Assembly: GCA_028534125.1 (NCBI GenBank)
Contig: CM052818.1
Span: forward strand, 6,884,001-6,948,000
Length of the DNA stretch: 64,000 bases
Source of the DNA: Lama glama
Taxonomy: Eukaryota
Reading direction: 5' to 3'
The position numbers and the translations under genes are program-made. A model generated the notes under the pieces. That model did no database searches. It was not told the origin of the DNA and worked only from the letters and a program-made list of their open reading frames with translations. Shown here piece by piece: positions 23,035 to 35,242 of this stretch; positions within the stretch are counted from its first letter, which is position 1; every line of letters starts with the position of its first letter.

Positions 23035-24130
23035 GTGATGCTGGGGCTGACCCACATTTCCCGCTTTCCCTTGCCAGCCTTCCCACGGTGCTAGAGGCAC
23101 TGGTGGGCACTGGGAGAGCGGAAGAGTGGAAAGGAGGGCTGTTCTCTCGCTCCTACCTCTGCCACGTGATGACCAGCAGCCGCGGACAGCCCTACCTCCG
23201 GCCGCTGGCTTCTCTCTGCCGTCCCAACGCCAGCCTTGGCGCAGCCTCTCGGAGGCACCGCCAGCGACAGAGCCACACCTTCCTCGTCACGTCATCCGGA
23301 GTCCCACCCACCTGCGCCTTCGTGGAGGACCAGGCGCACGTGTGGGGACGGTCTGGGGGTCAGGCCCGCCCCGCCTCCTCCGAAGCTCTGTTTCTCTTCC
23401 CTTCTGCTCCCCAGCCCAGGGGCAGCTGCACCCTCGGTTATTAATCTCCGGTTTATCTCAGCATTCCTTTTTCACTTTTCCCCCCAGCTACGTAACATTT
23501 CTGTAATTAACTGCCTGTATTATATCGCTCCCACTGGAAATTCCTAGCAAGATTTCTGTCTTCCTGACTGGATCCTGATTAATGAAATCTTTTTTTTCTT
23601 TTTAATTCCAGTCTGAATAGTTCAACTCCACAACCAGAGCTGGGAACACAGATACATAAAAATACTTCACAATAACGCCTTACTCCCACCGGGACCCTCG
23701 CCCACAAGCGCCAGCTCTCCACCCTGACCCATCTCGGGGCGGCTCGCTGTGGGAGGAGCGCGCGCTCGGACTTTTCTAGAAGGGGGCGGGGCCACAGTGG
23801 TGAGCGGGCAGCCCCTCCGGCCGACGGGGTGGGACCCCACAGCGGAACCGCCAGGGTTGGCCTTTCTCAGGCCGATGGGGCGCTGAGCTTACGGCGACCA
23901 CGCGGCAGGGGCTCAGGACTGGCTTCGCTGCGTCCTCCACGCGTGGCCTCACTGCAGCGCGAAATGCTCCACCTTGGGCGCCAAGCGAACGGAACTTCTG
24001 TGACCGCGTCTCCAGAGGCGGGGAGCCGAGCCTGGGTCTCTCAGCACCGCGGCGCATGCGCTTGCGCACGCTGGTCACCGGCGCGGCCCTGCGACTGTGC
24101 TTTGGGCTTCTAGACACTCTAACCCGGGCA
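23035..24130. promoter_or_regulatory. Second, gene-less CpG-island-like region with promoter motifs
   Basis: Two CpG-dense blocks (~23035-23400 and ~23690-24130). Motifs: CACGTG at 23163 and 23337, GC boxes, and NRF1-type GCGCATGCGC at 24052-24061. Confidence 0.7.
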
Positions 24131-24669
24131 GGTGCCAAATCTTTTAAAGAACATCACATCTACCTGACAATAAAGTGGCCTGGAAGTGATGGAACAATCT
24201 GGTATTCATCCCTTAAAGCAGTCAGATTTCAGTCTCTAATACTACTTTCCACTAGTAGTTGACTCTATTATTCTGTTTGGGGCAGAGAAAGTAGAAATGG
24301 ATTAGAAAATCTTACTGTTGTGAAAAAGCAAAACTGCTTGCAACGATCTCTGGGACTCCCATTGGCCAGACTGTGATAACCTGAGCATTGAAAAAAAAAA
24401 AATACACAGTGATACTCAAAAGAAGTAACTAAAATATAGTACCTTCAAAGAAATACAATTATGAGTTTCAGAGAGTGCAGAAAATGACCTTTATGCTAAT
24501 ACTAATACACGCACACCACAGTCAGATTTAGTTAGCACTTAAGTACTCCCAGTAAAATCCACGAAGTAATATAACAATTCAATTTAGCCCCCAGAATGCT
24601 TGCAGCAAGATCATCCTAGAAAAAGAACTCTAATCCTGTGTTCCAGTCCCAAACAGTAATTCATATACT

Positions 24670-25660
24670 CAGTATTCAACCAATTATTTTAATAAATATT
24701 TATTGGGTGCCTAGTATGTGCACTATGCCAGGAACCTAGGATACAACAATGAAGGGGGAAAAAAACCCCCACACACAATAAAAATCTGTCCTCATGTCCA
24801 TTTTAGCTAAGAGAAATCAGTACTCAGTAAGCGTAATGAAGAAATAGGCTACATCATAGGTTAGCTATGGAGAAAAGAAAAAGTAAAACAAGGTAAAAAG
24901 GAGGAGGAGACCCTGTGGTGGGTAGTTAGCAGTATTAAATAGGTAGGCCTCATGGTGAAAGTGAGGTTTGAGGAAAACTTGGAGGAGATGAGGTTTACCA
25001 AGCAGGTATCTGGGGAAAGAATATTTCAGGCATGGAGAACAGCTGGAGCAGAAGCCCTAACTTGGAAATGGACCTGGTGTGTTCAAGGAATAGCAAGGAG
25101 GCCAGTGTGGTTGGCATGAAATGAATAAATGTGAGAGTGATGGGAGCTGTGTTCAGAGAGGTGTCAAGAGGACCACATGGAGCAGGGACTTGTAGGTCAT
25201 TACAAAGGCTTTGGCTTTTGTTGTAAGTGAAATGGAGAGCTGCTGTGGAGTTTGGGGCATGATTTAATGACTTGCTGTGTTAATAATAAGACTGTAAGGA
25301 GGTACTAGATTAGAAGAGGCAAGACCAGTTGGGAGGCAGTTGTAAGTATCCAAGTGAGAGATGATGGTGGACTTAGGTCAGGGTGGTGGTACAGGAGGTG
25401 ATGAGAAATGGTTCAATTCTGAATATACTTTTCAAAGCAGTGACAAAGGTATTTGCTAATGGATTGGATATAGGATGTCTCTGAGGTTTCTAACCTACGC
25501 AATTAGACGGATGGCATTGACATCCCCACTGAGGTGGGGAAGCCTGAGTGCAGCAGGGTTTTTAGGGGAGAAGAAAAGGAATTCTTTTGTGGGCCTGTTA
25601 GGTTTGAAATGTCTGTCTCCACATCTCAGAGGAGCTGGAATCTGTGTCTGGTGTTCAGGA
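24670..25660 (-). mobile_element. L2 3' portion
   Basis: Antisense L2 end 'aaatatttattgggtgcctagtatgtg' and body 'gtgttcaaggaatagcaaggaggccagtgtgg', 'atccaagtgagagatgatggtgg'. Confidence 0.8.
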
Positions 25661-25674
25661 CAGAGGTGTGGCAG

Positions 25675-26050
25675 GATAAACATTAGTCGGGATGGGCAAA
25701 GCTAGGCTGCAGTTACAAACAATTGCAAAATCTCACTAGATCAACACAACAAAAGTTGTTGTCTTATGTGTAGGGCTCTGCATCATGTCATTTTCACTCT
25801 GGAATTCAGACTAGTAGAGGCCCCACCACCTGGACGACTGCTGTGGCAAGAGGGAAAAAAGAGCTTCTGAGTCTCACACCAGTAACAAAACGCTTCTGCC
25901 TCGAAGGGGACCATACCTCCACGCACGTTTCCTGGGCCAAGTCTCATGGCCACAGTTAACTGCAAAGGGAAGATGAAGTGCAGTTCTCCTGTGTTCCCAG
26001 AAAGAAAAGAACCAGAAATAATGGGTGAGCAATGTTAATGCCCACTAGAG
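25675..26050 (-). mobile_element. Old MLT1 (K/L-like) LTR
   Basis: 'gctaggctgcagttacaaacaa' start and 'ccaagtctcatggccacagttaactgcaaaggga'. Similar old antisense MLT1 pieces occur near 15710-15960, 30070-30540, 32630-33190 and 54600-55040. Confidence 0.55.
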
Positions 26051-27519
26051 AGGAGAAATACAATAGGGAGTCATTGGCTCACAGATGGCATTCAAAACCA
26101 CAGGACTGAATGAGATGACCAGGAAGTGAAAGCAGACAGGGAACATGAGAAGTCCCAGCGCTGAGACCTGGGGACCTCCAACATCCTGAGTCCACAACCT
26201 CAGTCAATACAAGCCTAGGATGGCCACTGTGTTCCCCTTGGTTATGTGTGTAAATTTGTAACTCCAGGATCAAGTAATGAATCAACAGCATTGATGCTTT
26301 AATGTCACGTGTGCTTCAGTAAGTACAAGAGCAAAAGCTTCTAAAACTGTGTGCTGCTTGTGTATGGTCTGTTCTTTATGATGCGTTAAGTGATTAAGAT
26401 AATTCGATTTATTTATTAAATTTGTAAATCTGTTTTGATTTATTTATTTTTATTTATGAACAAAAATCTGTTTTTATTTATTAGGAAGATTTTACTTTAT
26501 AGATTTATAAGTCTGCTGTTCAGTGTTTGAAGTTCTTGACAGAATCAGACCTGTCATATTTGTGACTCTGATTTGAAGTCTTTAAAGGAATTTAATTAAT
26601 CAGGTTTGTAAATGTTTAGGGAGAAATTGATCTGTCAAAGGTCAAAGCTTACTGAGAATAAATCAAAGAAAAAGAAAGTAAACTTTTAAAATTTCAACAC
26701 AAAAATTACTAAATTTATAAATTAAAAAATCTGTATGTTGAGCTTAAAGTCTTTAGGAAAAAATTAGGTTATAGGTTTATAAGCTAATACAATATTAATG
26801 AAAACATGTGTATCATCTAGTGTTCTTTTCCACGCACAGTAATACCTTGTGGATGCTGAAAACCTAACTAACCCTCCTCCTCCTTCTGGTTCTCCTCCTG
26901 ATGGCATGGAGGAGCTCCTAGGTGACCAAAATGCTTGAGGGGCCCTGTTTCTCCATCTCCATTTGTCTCAGGCTAACGTCCAGCCCATCCCAGCCCCTCC
27001 ATAGCTGCCACTGTTCTGATTGGCCCATCCTGCATCATGATGGTATGTATGTTTTCTGATGGGCTGGGACTGAACAACTTTTCAACATTTTGAATATTGT
27101 TAGTTATTTGGGATTGTGCTTATCTTCCACGCCATTTCCTCTGGTCTCAAAACCATCACATTGCTGAATCCTTTATCCTGATATCCAGGTCTTCTCTAGA
27201 TAGCCAGCTCTCCTGGTCCTACTGAGTCTGCTCATGGACATGTGGGAGCTTCTGGATCCCCTGCACTTCTGGGGATAAGTGATCCAACAATAAGATCCTT
27301 CTGGCCAGGACCCTGTTTTATTCATCTTCCTACTCCCGGCACCTTGCAAGTCACTGGGAGCATTGTAGACACTACTGTATAGTATAGGGGTTCACTGAGC
27401 AGAGGAGCAGTATGGAGGATGATTAGTTCAATTGTGTAGTGGTGGCATAGTTATTCTTGAATGGTATAGCAGTATGGCACGGTGGTTTGTTCAACTGTGT
27501 AGGAATATGGAGTGAGGGG

Positions 27520-27745
27520 TCATCCCTCCTGGCCACTTATTAGCTGTATAATAATAAGTAATTGGGCAAGTTACTTAACTTTTCTGTGCCTCATTTTATC
27601 CTCTAGAATATGGGGCTAACAACCTCATTGTGTTGCTGAGAACTGAATGAGGTACATACTACAAAATAACTAGCACAGTTCCTGATGCACTGTAAAATGC
27701 TTACTACATGTTAACTAAAATAATAGTTACATTACATACTCTTAT
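27520..27745 (+). mobile_element. MIR SINE
   Basis: Core 'ttgggcaagttacttaacttttctgtgcctcatttt' and tail 'tagcacagttcctg'. Confidence 0.7.
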
Positions 27746-28429
27746 TATTATTTTGTGTGATCTAGTTCAGTTACTTGAACTAGTTAATGTGTCAGAATAA
27801 AGAGGGAGAGGAAAAACAACACTCCAAGTCCCAATTCCGTCACATGAAAAAGAATTTGAATACTTGTTCATGATATGTTTGAATAATGCAAGGAGGAATC
27901 CAGCAAAGCCTTGCAGTGTAACAGAGGACCAGGTTAGACATTTTCTGGTGAAGATCTAATTCCTTGTGTTCTTTTCTCCTCCCCTCATATTATGGCCTGG
28001 CTTTCCTGGACTCTTACTGCCCCTGAGAGTGCTGGGGAGTGAGGCAGTTGCAGAGGAGAGAGGGTTGAAAAGTCCAAGCTGCACCATGAAAGGGGACAGG
28101 AAAAGGACTGGGCACTTGGCCCTGCTTGGCAGCTGACCTTGGCCCTTGGCAAGCCTCCTCCGTGGGTTTGGCATGTCATAGAAGTAGGCAGGTCATCCTG
28201 ACTGCTTTCCACCCTGCACCCTCCTCCTGTGCTCAGGGCCAGTGTGAAGGTCATACATTTCTCTTGTGAATCATTTCAGTGTTTAGGCTGCCCAAGTCCA
28301 AGCTAACTGGGGACACTGACTGCTATGAACTGGAATCTCATCCCTGTCTTGCTGTGAAAGGCAGCGGGATTCCATTGAGCAGGATGTGAGGGATGATTAA
28401 GTCTGCACAGCAGCCAAGGTTAGCAGCAA

Positions 28430-28918
28430 CAGCGATAAGTCATACTGATAACACATGCCTTTAATATGATGGGATGATGATGGCGCTTAACTTTTATGGT
28501 TTTCCTCTTAAAAACTCACAACCCCTGTCTCATCATGAGAAGAACATCAGACAAATCCCACTAAAGGAGCATCCTACAAAATACCTGACCAGTAATCCTC
28601 AAAACTGCCAGCATTACCCAAAACAAGGAAAGTCTGAGAAGCTGTCACAGCTGAGAAGAGCCTAAAGAGACGTGATGACTAAGTGTAGTGCAGTTTCCTG
28701 GATGGGATCCTGAACAGAAAAGGACATTAGGTAAAAAGTAAGGAATTCGGAATACAGTGTCAGTATTGGGTCATTAATTGTGACAAATGTACCATACTAA
28801 AGAAAGATGTTAAAAACAGGGGAAAGTGGGTGTGGGTAAATGGAAACTCTCTGTATTACCGTCATGATTTTTCTGTCAATCCGAGACTGTTCTAAAATAA
28901 AAGTCTTATTTTAAAAAC
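28430..28918 (+). mobile_element. L1MC-like 3' UTR
   Basis: 'tcatgagaagaacatcagacaaatccc', 'tgtgacaaatgtaccatactaa' and the end 'ctaaaataaaagtcttattttaaaaa'. Confidence 0.75.
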
Positions 28919-31816
28919 TCTGCATAGGAGAGCTCTGCAGTGCAACACCTTAGCCTGTGAACCAGGGGGAAGGGGTGCTGCCACTCTGAACACCTACTGT
29001 GTGCAGGGTTAGGGATGGGAGAGACTGAGGTAGAGACACCAGGCATGGCTTGCTCTGGCAGAGTTTACAGTCTAGCAGGAAGGACTTTGTGTACTTCGAC
29101 TTGATGCATTTACACACTGTTGGAATTTCTCTCAACGGACATGACCTACTTTCATAATCTGATTTTTTTTATGAATAAAAAAGTACAACAGAAAGCTGAA
29201 TAAAAGTAAGAATTAGTAGGCTCTCCTTATGAATGTTAACCTGGAATTCCTGGGCCATGCCAACTCCGATTCTTGGACTCTGATTTTTAAACTTTTGTTT
29301 GGTGAGACTAGAGATCTATCCTAGGATGGTGATTCCCAAACTTAATTAACCTTGACCATGGAGTACTTTATAATGATAGTGTATTTACAGAACGCCAGCA
29401 GTCGTGTATCGACTATGATGCAAGCTGGTTTGAAAGAAGGCAGGGTCTCACAGATGAATTCCCTTAAGGAAAAAAATTAAAGCAAAACATCTTTTTATTT
29501 AACATATTTTGTAAAGCTTTAAAAATAGTTTTTATATATCTTCTTCTTTTGTATATTTGTATTTACAATTTTAATATATTTTGTGTCTTTTTTAAAATAA
29601 CCTCTCTCTTTTGTGACTGAGAGATACATCAGACACAGCCCCTTGTCTACTCTTCCAGTGCATTGTGCAGTGAGAAGTCCCACTTGCCCAGATGCTAAAG
29701 CAAATGGGCAAAGGATATGAGCTATCAGCTATTTGATATCTGTCCTCTTGGTTAGGCTACTCCATATAGTGTTCATTGTTTCATCTTAGGCAACAAATAT
29801 TTAGATTGTTTTTTTCTTTTAGAAAGTTAAAAATCAGATTACTTATCTTCGCTTTAAAGTATTCTAAATTTGTGTCGGTCCAGATACCATTTAGAACCCC
29901 AAGAACTTCTTTTCATTTAAAGCTTTCTTATTTTAGCCATAGATCTAAAGAGAACATTTTAGTGTTGTATGATTGTTTACTATTGAATAAATATTGCTTA
30001 ATATCATGAATGTATGCTAAAATTACGTGACTAGGTATATGACATTTATGGTAATCAGTCAAAAGATGTACATGGGTGTGCAATAGGATTGCATTTGCCT
30101 GCATGTAACAGGAATCTGACAACATTGGTTTAACTAGTTTTTTTTCTCCCCTATAACAAGGAATTTGGAGGTAAGCAGACCAGACCCGATGACTCTATGA
30201 TGTCATCAAGATCCCCAAATTTGTCTGGCTTCTTGGGTCACTGTCCTAGCATGTGACTTTTGTCCTCTTGGTCACAAGTTGGCTGCTGCAGCTCCAGACG
30301 TCTAGTCAGAAGAAAAGACAACAAGGACAAAAGATAAAAGGTGCAAAGCATCCGAGTCTTTCCTTTTCACCGGGGAGTCCATTTAGCAGACTTACATCTC
30401 ATGGCCACTACTAGTTGTGAAGGAGATGGTAAAAGTCAAGTTTTGTGCCTGGGCCTTGGGCACCCTGAACAAAGCCAGGTTTCTACTGGTAAGGAAAGCA
30501 GGGCAAGTGGATGTTGTGTAAGCAATTTCAGGGTTGGCCACCAGGAGATTAAAAGTGAGTTGGTAAATGCTGCCCCTGCATCAAAGCACTGAGCAAATGT
30601 CCTCTAGGAACTGCTCCAGCTGTTTCTGCTAAAGGCAGCTTACTACATAATTAAAATGATATTTATTTAGTTGATTTTTTACATATGTTTTTCTAGAATA
30701 AATTTTTGTAGAAAAAATAGCATCAGCATCAAGTATTTTCATGGGACACATTAAATTTCTTCGCACAGTTTAGAGATTTCTGGGCTTAAGTCATAGAAAT
30801 AACTTATTCCAAACGATATATATTTTACATTACGAAAACCTAAAACCTCAAGATTTTTTAAAAGCGTCTCCTCTCTTGATTAAAAAAATTCTTAATTTAA
30901 CTAAGATTTTAAAAGCTATTATAAGTATCTCTGCACCAAACTTACTGTTTCCTACTAAGACTACAAATTTTCATTTCCAAATTCCAAACGGATAAACAGT
31001 AACACATTGTACACTTCCTGGATAACTCTTCTAGAAACAATATTGTACACTTGTTAATCTGAATCCTTCTAGTATCTGCTTCCTTGTTTTGGCACCTCTT
31101 CCTGCCACTGTCATAAAGTCTTCTTTTACTCTTTCTACTGACACTGGTCCACTTCCTAAGTGAAATTAATCCTTCTTTCTTGCACTCAATTCTGAATGAC
31201 CTCATTTTTAAATGTAAAAATAATACCTGTTATGAAAAAAATACAAGCTCATTGTAAAAAAAAATCACAAATATTTACAGCTTAGCTAGCAAAAGTTCCC
31301 TCTCAAAGATAGCTGTTAACATTATTTACATTCTTTCAGAGTTTTTGAATGCATATATACTTTTCACATGTAAAAATGTACATACAGAAGATATTGTTGA
31401 CTGTCTACACAACATCCACTCTTGTTCTTCTCTAAACAACTCCATTTTGTTGAAGAAATTCAAGCTCTTATTCAAGCCTTTCAATCAAGAAAGGGCATAT
31501 GATGCAATTCTGTCCAATGAGACTTGAGAAGAAGTTGGCTGGGGGTTTCTGGGAAAGACTCCTCACATTACCAGGCAGAGGGAACTCCTTCTTCCGGTGG
31601 ATATAGCTTAACCTGAGTTGGATGTCCAGAACCACGGCCACTGTGTCCATGAGGGACTGAGCCAGAGGATCAAGGACTTCTCATAAGGGCATGATGGCAA
31701 ATGTCCTCATGGTTTAAGTCATATAACCCAGGGGTTTCTGTGTTTTGCAGCTGAAGACATCATAATTGACAAACTAGATATTTTTGTTATTATTATAGAA
31801 ATGGAATCTCTTTATC

Positions 31817-31930
31817 AAGGTTGATCATCTTGTCTTCATTTGCACAGGGCTTTCCAGGTCTTCAAAGTGAAAGTCCTACATCCCAGGAACCACTTCAGGC
31901 CCTAGAAAACCTGGACCACCGATCACCCTA
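31817..31930. mobile_element. hAT-Blackjack MITE (MER81/MER94-like); a second copy lies near 60218-60334
   Basis: Termini resembling tagggtgacc...ggtcacccta ('gatcacccta'; 'catcacccta'). Internal 'aaagtcctacatcccaggaa' appears in reverse in the second copy. Confidence 0.55.
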
Positions 31931-33369
31931 CATTATAAATACTTCTGCAACTTTTTTTTTCCCACTTAGTATATCCTGCATATATTTCCATGTCAATATA
32001 TAAACAGCGACATTATTGATTTGGGGGTGATTTAGAATTCCTCTGAATGGGTCATTTCACTAAAATACTTCTAAATTACTCTTTTCCATCCTTTTGTCAG
32101 TAATATTGTTCCCTGTTAGTTTTTAAAGAAGAGTCATATAACCACCCTGTTCTCAACTCTTTTTTTCTTTGCTTCTAAGATTTTACTATAAAAGTGATCT
32201 GTGAGTAGGCAACAGAATCCATAAAGCAAACAAAAAACAGCCAAGGCACTGTGTCATGTTTTAACTTGCTGCTTATGCCTCAGTCCCCCTAAATGGAATT
32301 GTCCTGTGCCTGCCTTTTTCATTCCACCTATTACTTTCTCTTCCATTTGTTCCCTCCTCATGGACTCCCAAGTTTGAAAGAATTTGCTGATGTCATAATG
32401 AAGGTTCTCCAGTCTTGCATTTTGCTCCAGATAAATGCTTCTAGTCTTTCAAAGTTGAAACAAATTAGATGGAATCTAGGTTTTACCTAATTTTGAAGCA
32501 CAAGGTGGCAGAACAAACCAAATTTCTGGGTAATGATTCGATCAAGAATGTTTTTGTGTCAAGAACATTTCTGGGTCAGAAAATTTTCAAGACTACCCTT
32601 GAAAGACATTTTTCTTTTGGAAGGTTGGATGATGTTAGGATCATTTTCACCATAAGAAATAGAAAACCCATTGAAAATTGGCTTTCAAATAGGATCTTGA
32701 TTATTCTCTCATGTTATCAAGAAGTCTGGAGGTAGGGGTAGTCCTGAGCTTAGTTCAGAAGTTTGGTGACACCGTCAAGGGCCCAGGTTCTCTCCATCTT
32801 TTGCTCTGCCATGCTCAGTGATTGGCTCTTATTTTCAAGCTTGCCTTCTCATGGTTACAAGATGATTGCAGCATCACATACTTACAGAATAGCATCCCAG
32901 AACAGAAAAAGGAATGCCCCTATTGTCTGTTCCTTTTTGAAAGTTAAAAAAACCTTTCCCAAAATACTCTTGCAGACTGCCCTCATGACTTATTAGCCCC
33001 CATCACATCCATGTGTTTGTCTAAACAATCACTTAGAAACCCAGGACTGAGTCAGCTATAATAAGCTCAAACCAACTGAGAACCATTCCCAGCCACTGGG
33101 AGAAGGGTGAACAAAATCAAGTGGTGGGGCGGAAACTGCCTTGTGAGGGTGGAGATGGGCTTTAGGGTGGGCGACCAATAGTGTCTGCCAAAGATAGAAC
33201 AGCTTCTCAAACTGTACTGGGTTATATATAGCGAACTGGGGACTCCCTCAAGTGGTGTATTAGTTATATTATGGTTTATGGTTTTGGTTTGAATGGGATT
33301 ATTGGGAGATTCTTCTTTAAAAAAATTATTTTGGCATGGTTATTAATTCTTGAAAAAAAAACCTCACTA

Positions 33370-33530
33370 CCTGGTAGCAGTATCTCTCAAAGCCTCAGTT
33401 TCCTTATCTATAAAATGGGCTGAATAAACCTACCCTCTAGAGGTGTTAGAAGGACTGGAAATGATGCATGAAAGCACCTAGAAAAACTCCTGGCAGTTAG
33501 TGAGCCTTGTGTAAATATTTGTTATTCTCA
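33370..33530 (+). mobile_element. MIR SINE
   Basis: 'gcctcagtttccttatctataaaatggg...aaagcacctag'. Confidence 0.7.
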
Positions 33531-33823
33531 TTTTTGATACAATTCCAAAATAAATTATCTGGTTTCCAAACCGGATCAAACTAGCAAATTAGAAAGTGTG
33601 CAGTGGCTTATAGGCATCTTGTTGTTTTCAAGTGCATTCCAAGAGATGGTGGGCAAATGTGCGTCATGGAAATCAGATCTATTTCAGATGCCACAAAGAA
33701 TGAGGGCCACTGGAGTATGATGTGGGTTTCATCATTGTTCCCTTCCACTTGGCCATCACAGTATTTTCTAGTTTAAAAGAAAAAAGATTCACATTTAAGA
33801 TGTTTATCATAAAATAAGAAGAC

Positions 33824-34299
33824 TGCAGTCAGCTGAATAATTGCTCCCAAATATGTCTGAATTCAAATCCCCAGAACTGGTGAATATATTACATGACAAA
33901 GGGGAATTGTAGCAGATGGAATTAGGTTGCTAATCAGATCACCTTAAAATAGGGAGATTAGCCTAGATTGTCCAGGTGGACCCAATGTAATCATAAGGGT
34001 CCATTCATGTGGAAGAGGGAGGCAGAAGACAGTGTCAGAGTGATGTCCTGTGCACAGGACTGGACTGGTCATTGCTGGCTTTGAAGCTGGACAGGTGTCA
34101 CAAGGCAAGAAATGCAGGCACCTCTAGAAACTGCAGATTCTCTCCTTAAGCTTCCAGAAGGAAATATGGCCCTGTCAGCACCTTGGTTTTAGCCCGCTGA
34201 GACCCATTTTGGACTTTGGACCTCCGGAACTGTAGGATAACGTATTTGTGTTCTTTTAAGCTACTACATTTGTCACAGCAGCAACTGGAAACTAATACA
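33824..34299 (+). mobile_element. MaLR solo LTR (MLT1D-like)
   Basis: TG...CA ends, with 'caggtggacccaatgtaatcataagggtcc', 'gacctccggaactgtaggataa' and terminal 'ggaaactaataca'. Confidence 0.85.
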
Positions 34300-34742
34300 G
34301 GGAAAGACCGTCATTGCAACCCAGGCAAAAAAGATGTTTGGGAGCCTCAGATACCCTTCCATGTCAAAACTTGACAAAAAGGCAAACAGTAAACAGCTAA
34401 CACACGTCACACAGCCGCGATCATGGGGATGGAGGTAGGGAACAAATCTCACTTCTACATCAGGATCAAGGAGTCTGTCGTGATCCTGAAAATGCATCTT
34501 CAATGAAGAGGAATAAAACAAGATGTCACCATTTTATTGAAATATGAGGATAGGATGGAGTGAGAGCCAGAGTATCGGGTAGGTTAGGAAATAATAACCG
34601 GTGGGTGGCAGCAAAAGAAGCACCAGTAAAATGGTAAGAAGCACAAGCAAAGGAAAAGGGTGTCTGAACCAGCAGTCCTCTGGCCACTTCATGTATGGGG
34701 AAACAGCTTAATAATCTCACCTCCTATGCTGACAGCACAGAC

Positions 34743-35242
34743 NNNNNNNNNNNNNNNNNNNNNNNNNNNNNNNNNNNNNNNNNNNNNNNNNNNNNNNNNN
34801 NNNNNNNNNNNNNNNNNNNNNNNNNNNNNNNNNNNNNNNNNNNNNNNNNNNNNNNNNNNNNNNNNNNNNNNNNNNNNNNNNNNNNNNNNNNNNNNNNNNN
34901 NNNNNNNNNNNNNNNNNNNNNNNNNNNNNNNNNNNNNNNNNNNNNNNNNNNNNNNNNNNNNNNNNNNNNNNNNNNNNNNNNNNNNNNNNNNNNNNNNNNN
35001 NNNNNNNNNNNNNNNNNNNNNNNNNNNNNNNNNNNNNNNNNNNNNNNNNNNNNNNNNNNNNNNNNNNNNNNNNNNNNNNNNNNNNNNNNNNNNNNNNNNN
35101 NNNNNNNNNNNNNNNNNNNNNNNNNNNNNNNNNNNNNNNNNNNNNNNNNNNNNNNNNNNNNNNNNNNNNNNNNNNNNNNNNNNNNNNNNNNNNNNNNNNN
35201 NNNNNNNNNNNNNNNNNNNNNNNNNNNNNNNNNNNNNNNNNN
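34743..35242. other. Assembly gap, exactly 500 N
   Basis: Run of N. The round length suggests a placeholder of unknown true size. Confidence 0.99.

Noticed and set aside
22891..24138. Processed pseudogene (T31 as an antisense poly(A) tail with a GC-rich 5' end)
   Set aside because: No poly(A) signal next to the tract, no TSD found and no recognisable protein in any frame. A BLAST search would be needed to exclude it fully.
31500..31508. Third exact TGATGCAAT
   Set aside because: It falls within an old MLT1-like LTR segment ('...gatgcaattctgtccaatgag'), so it is probably repeat-derived. Degenerate versions at 2649, 4379, 55814 and 61184 were also discounted.
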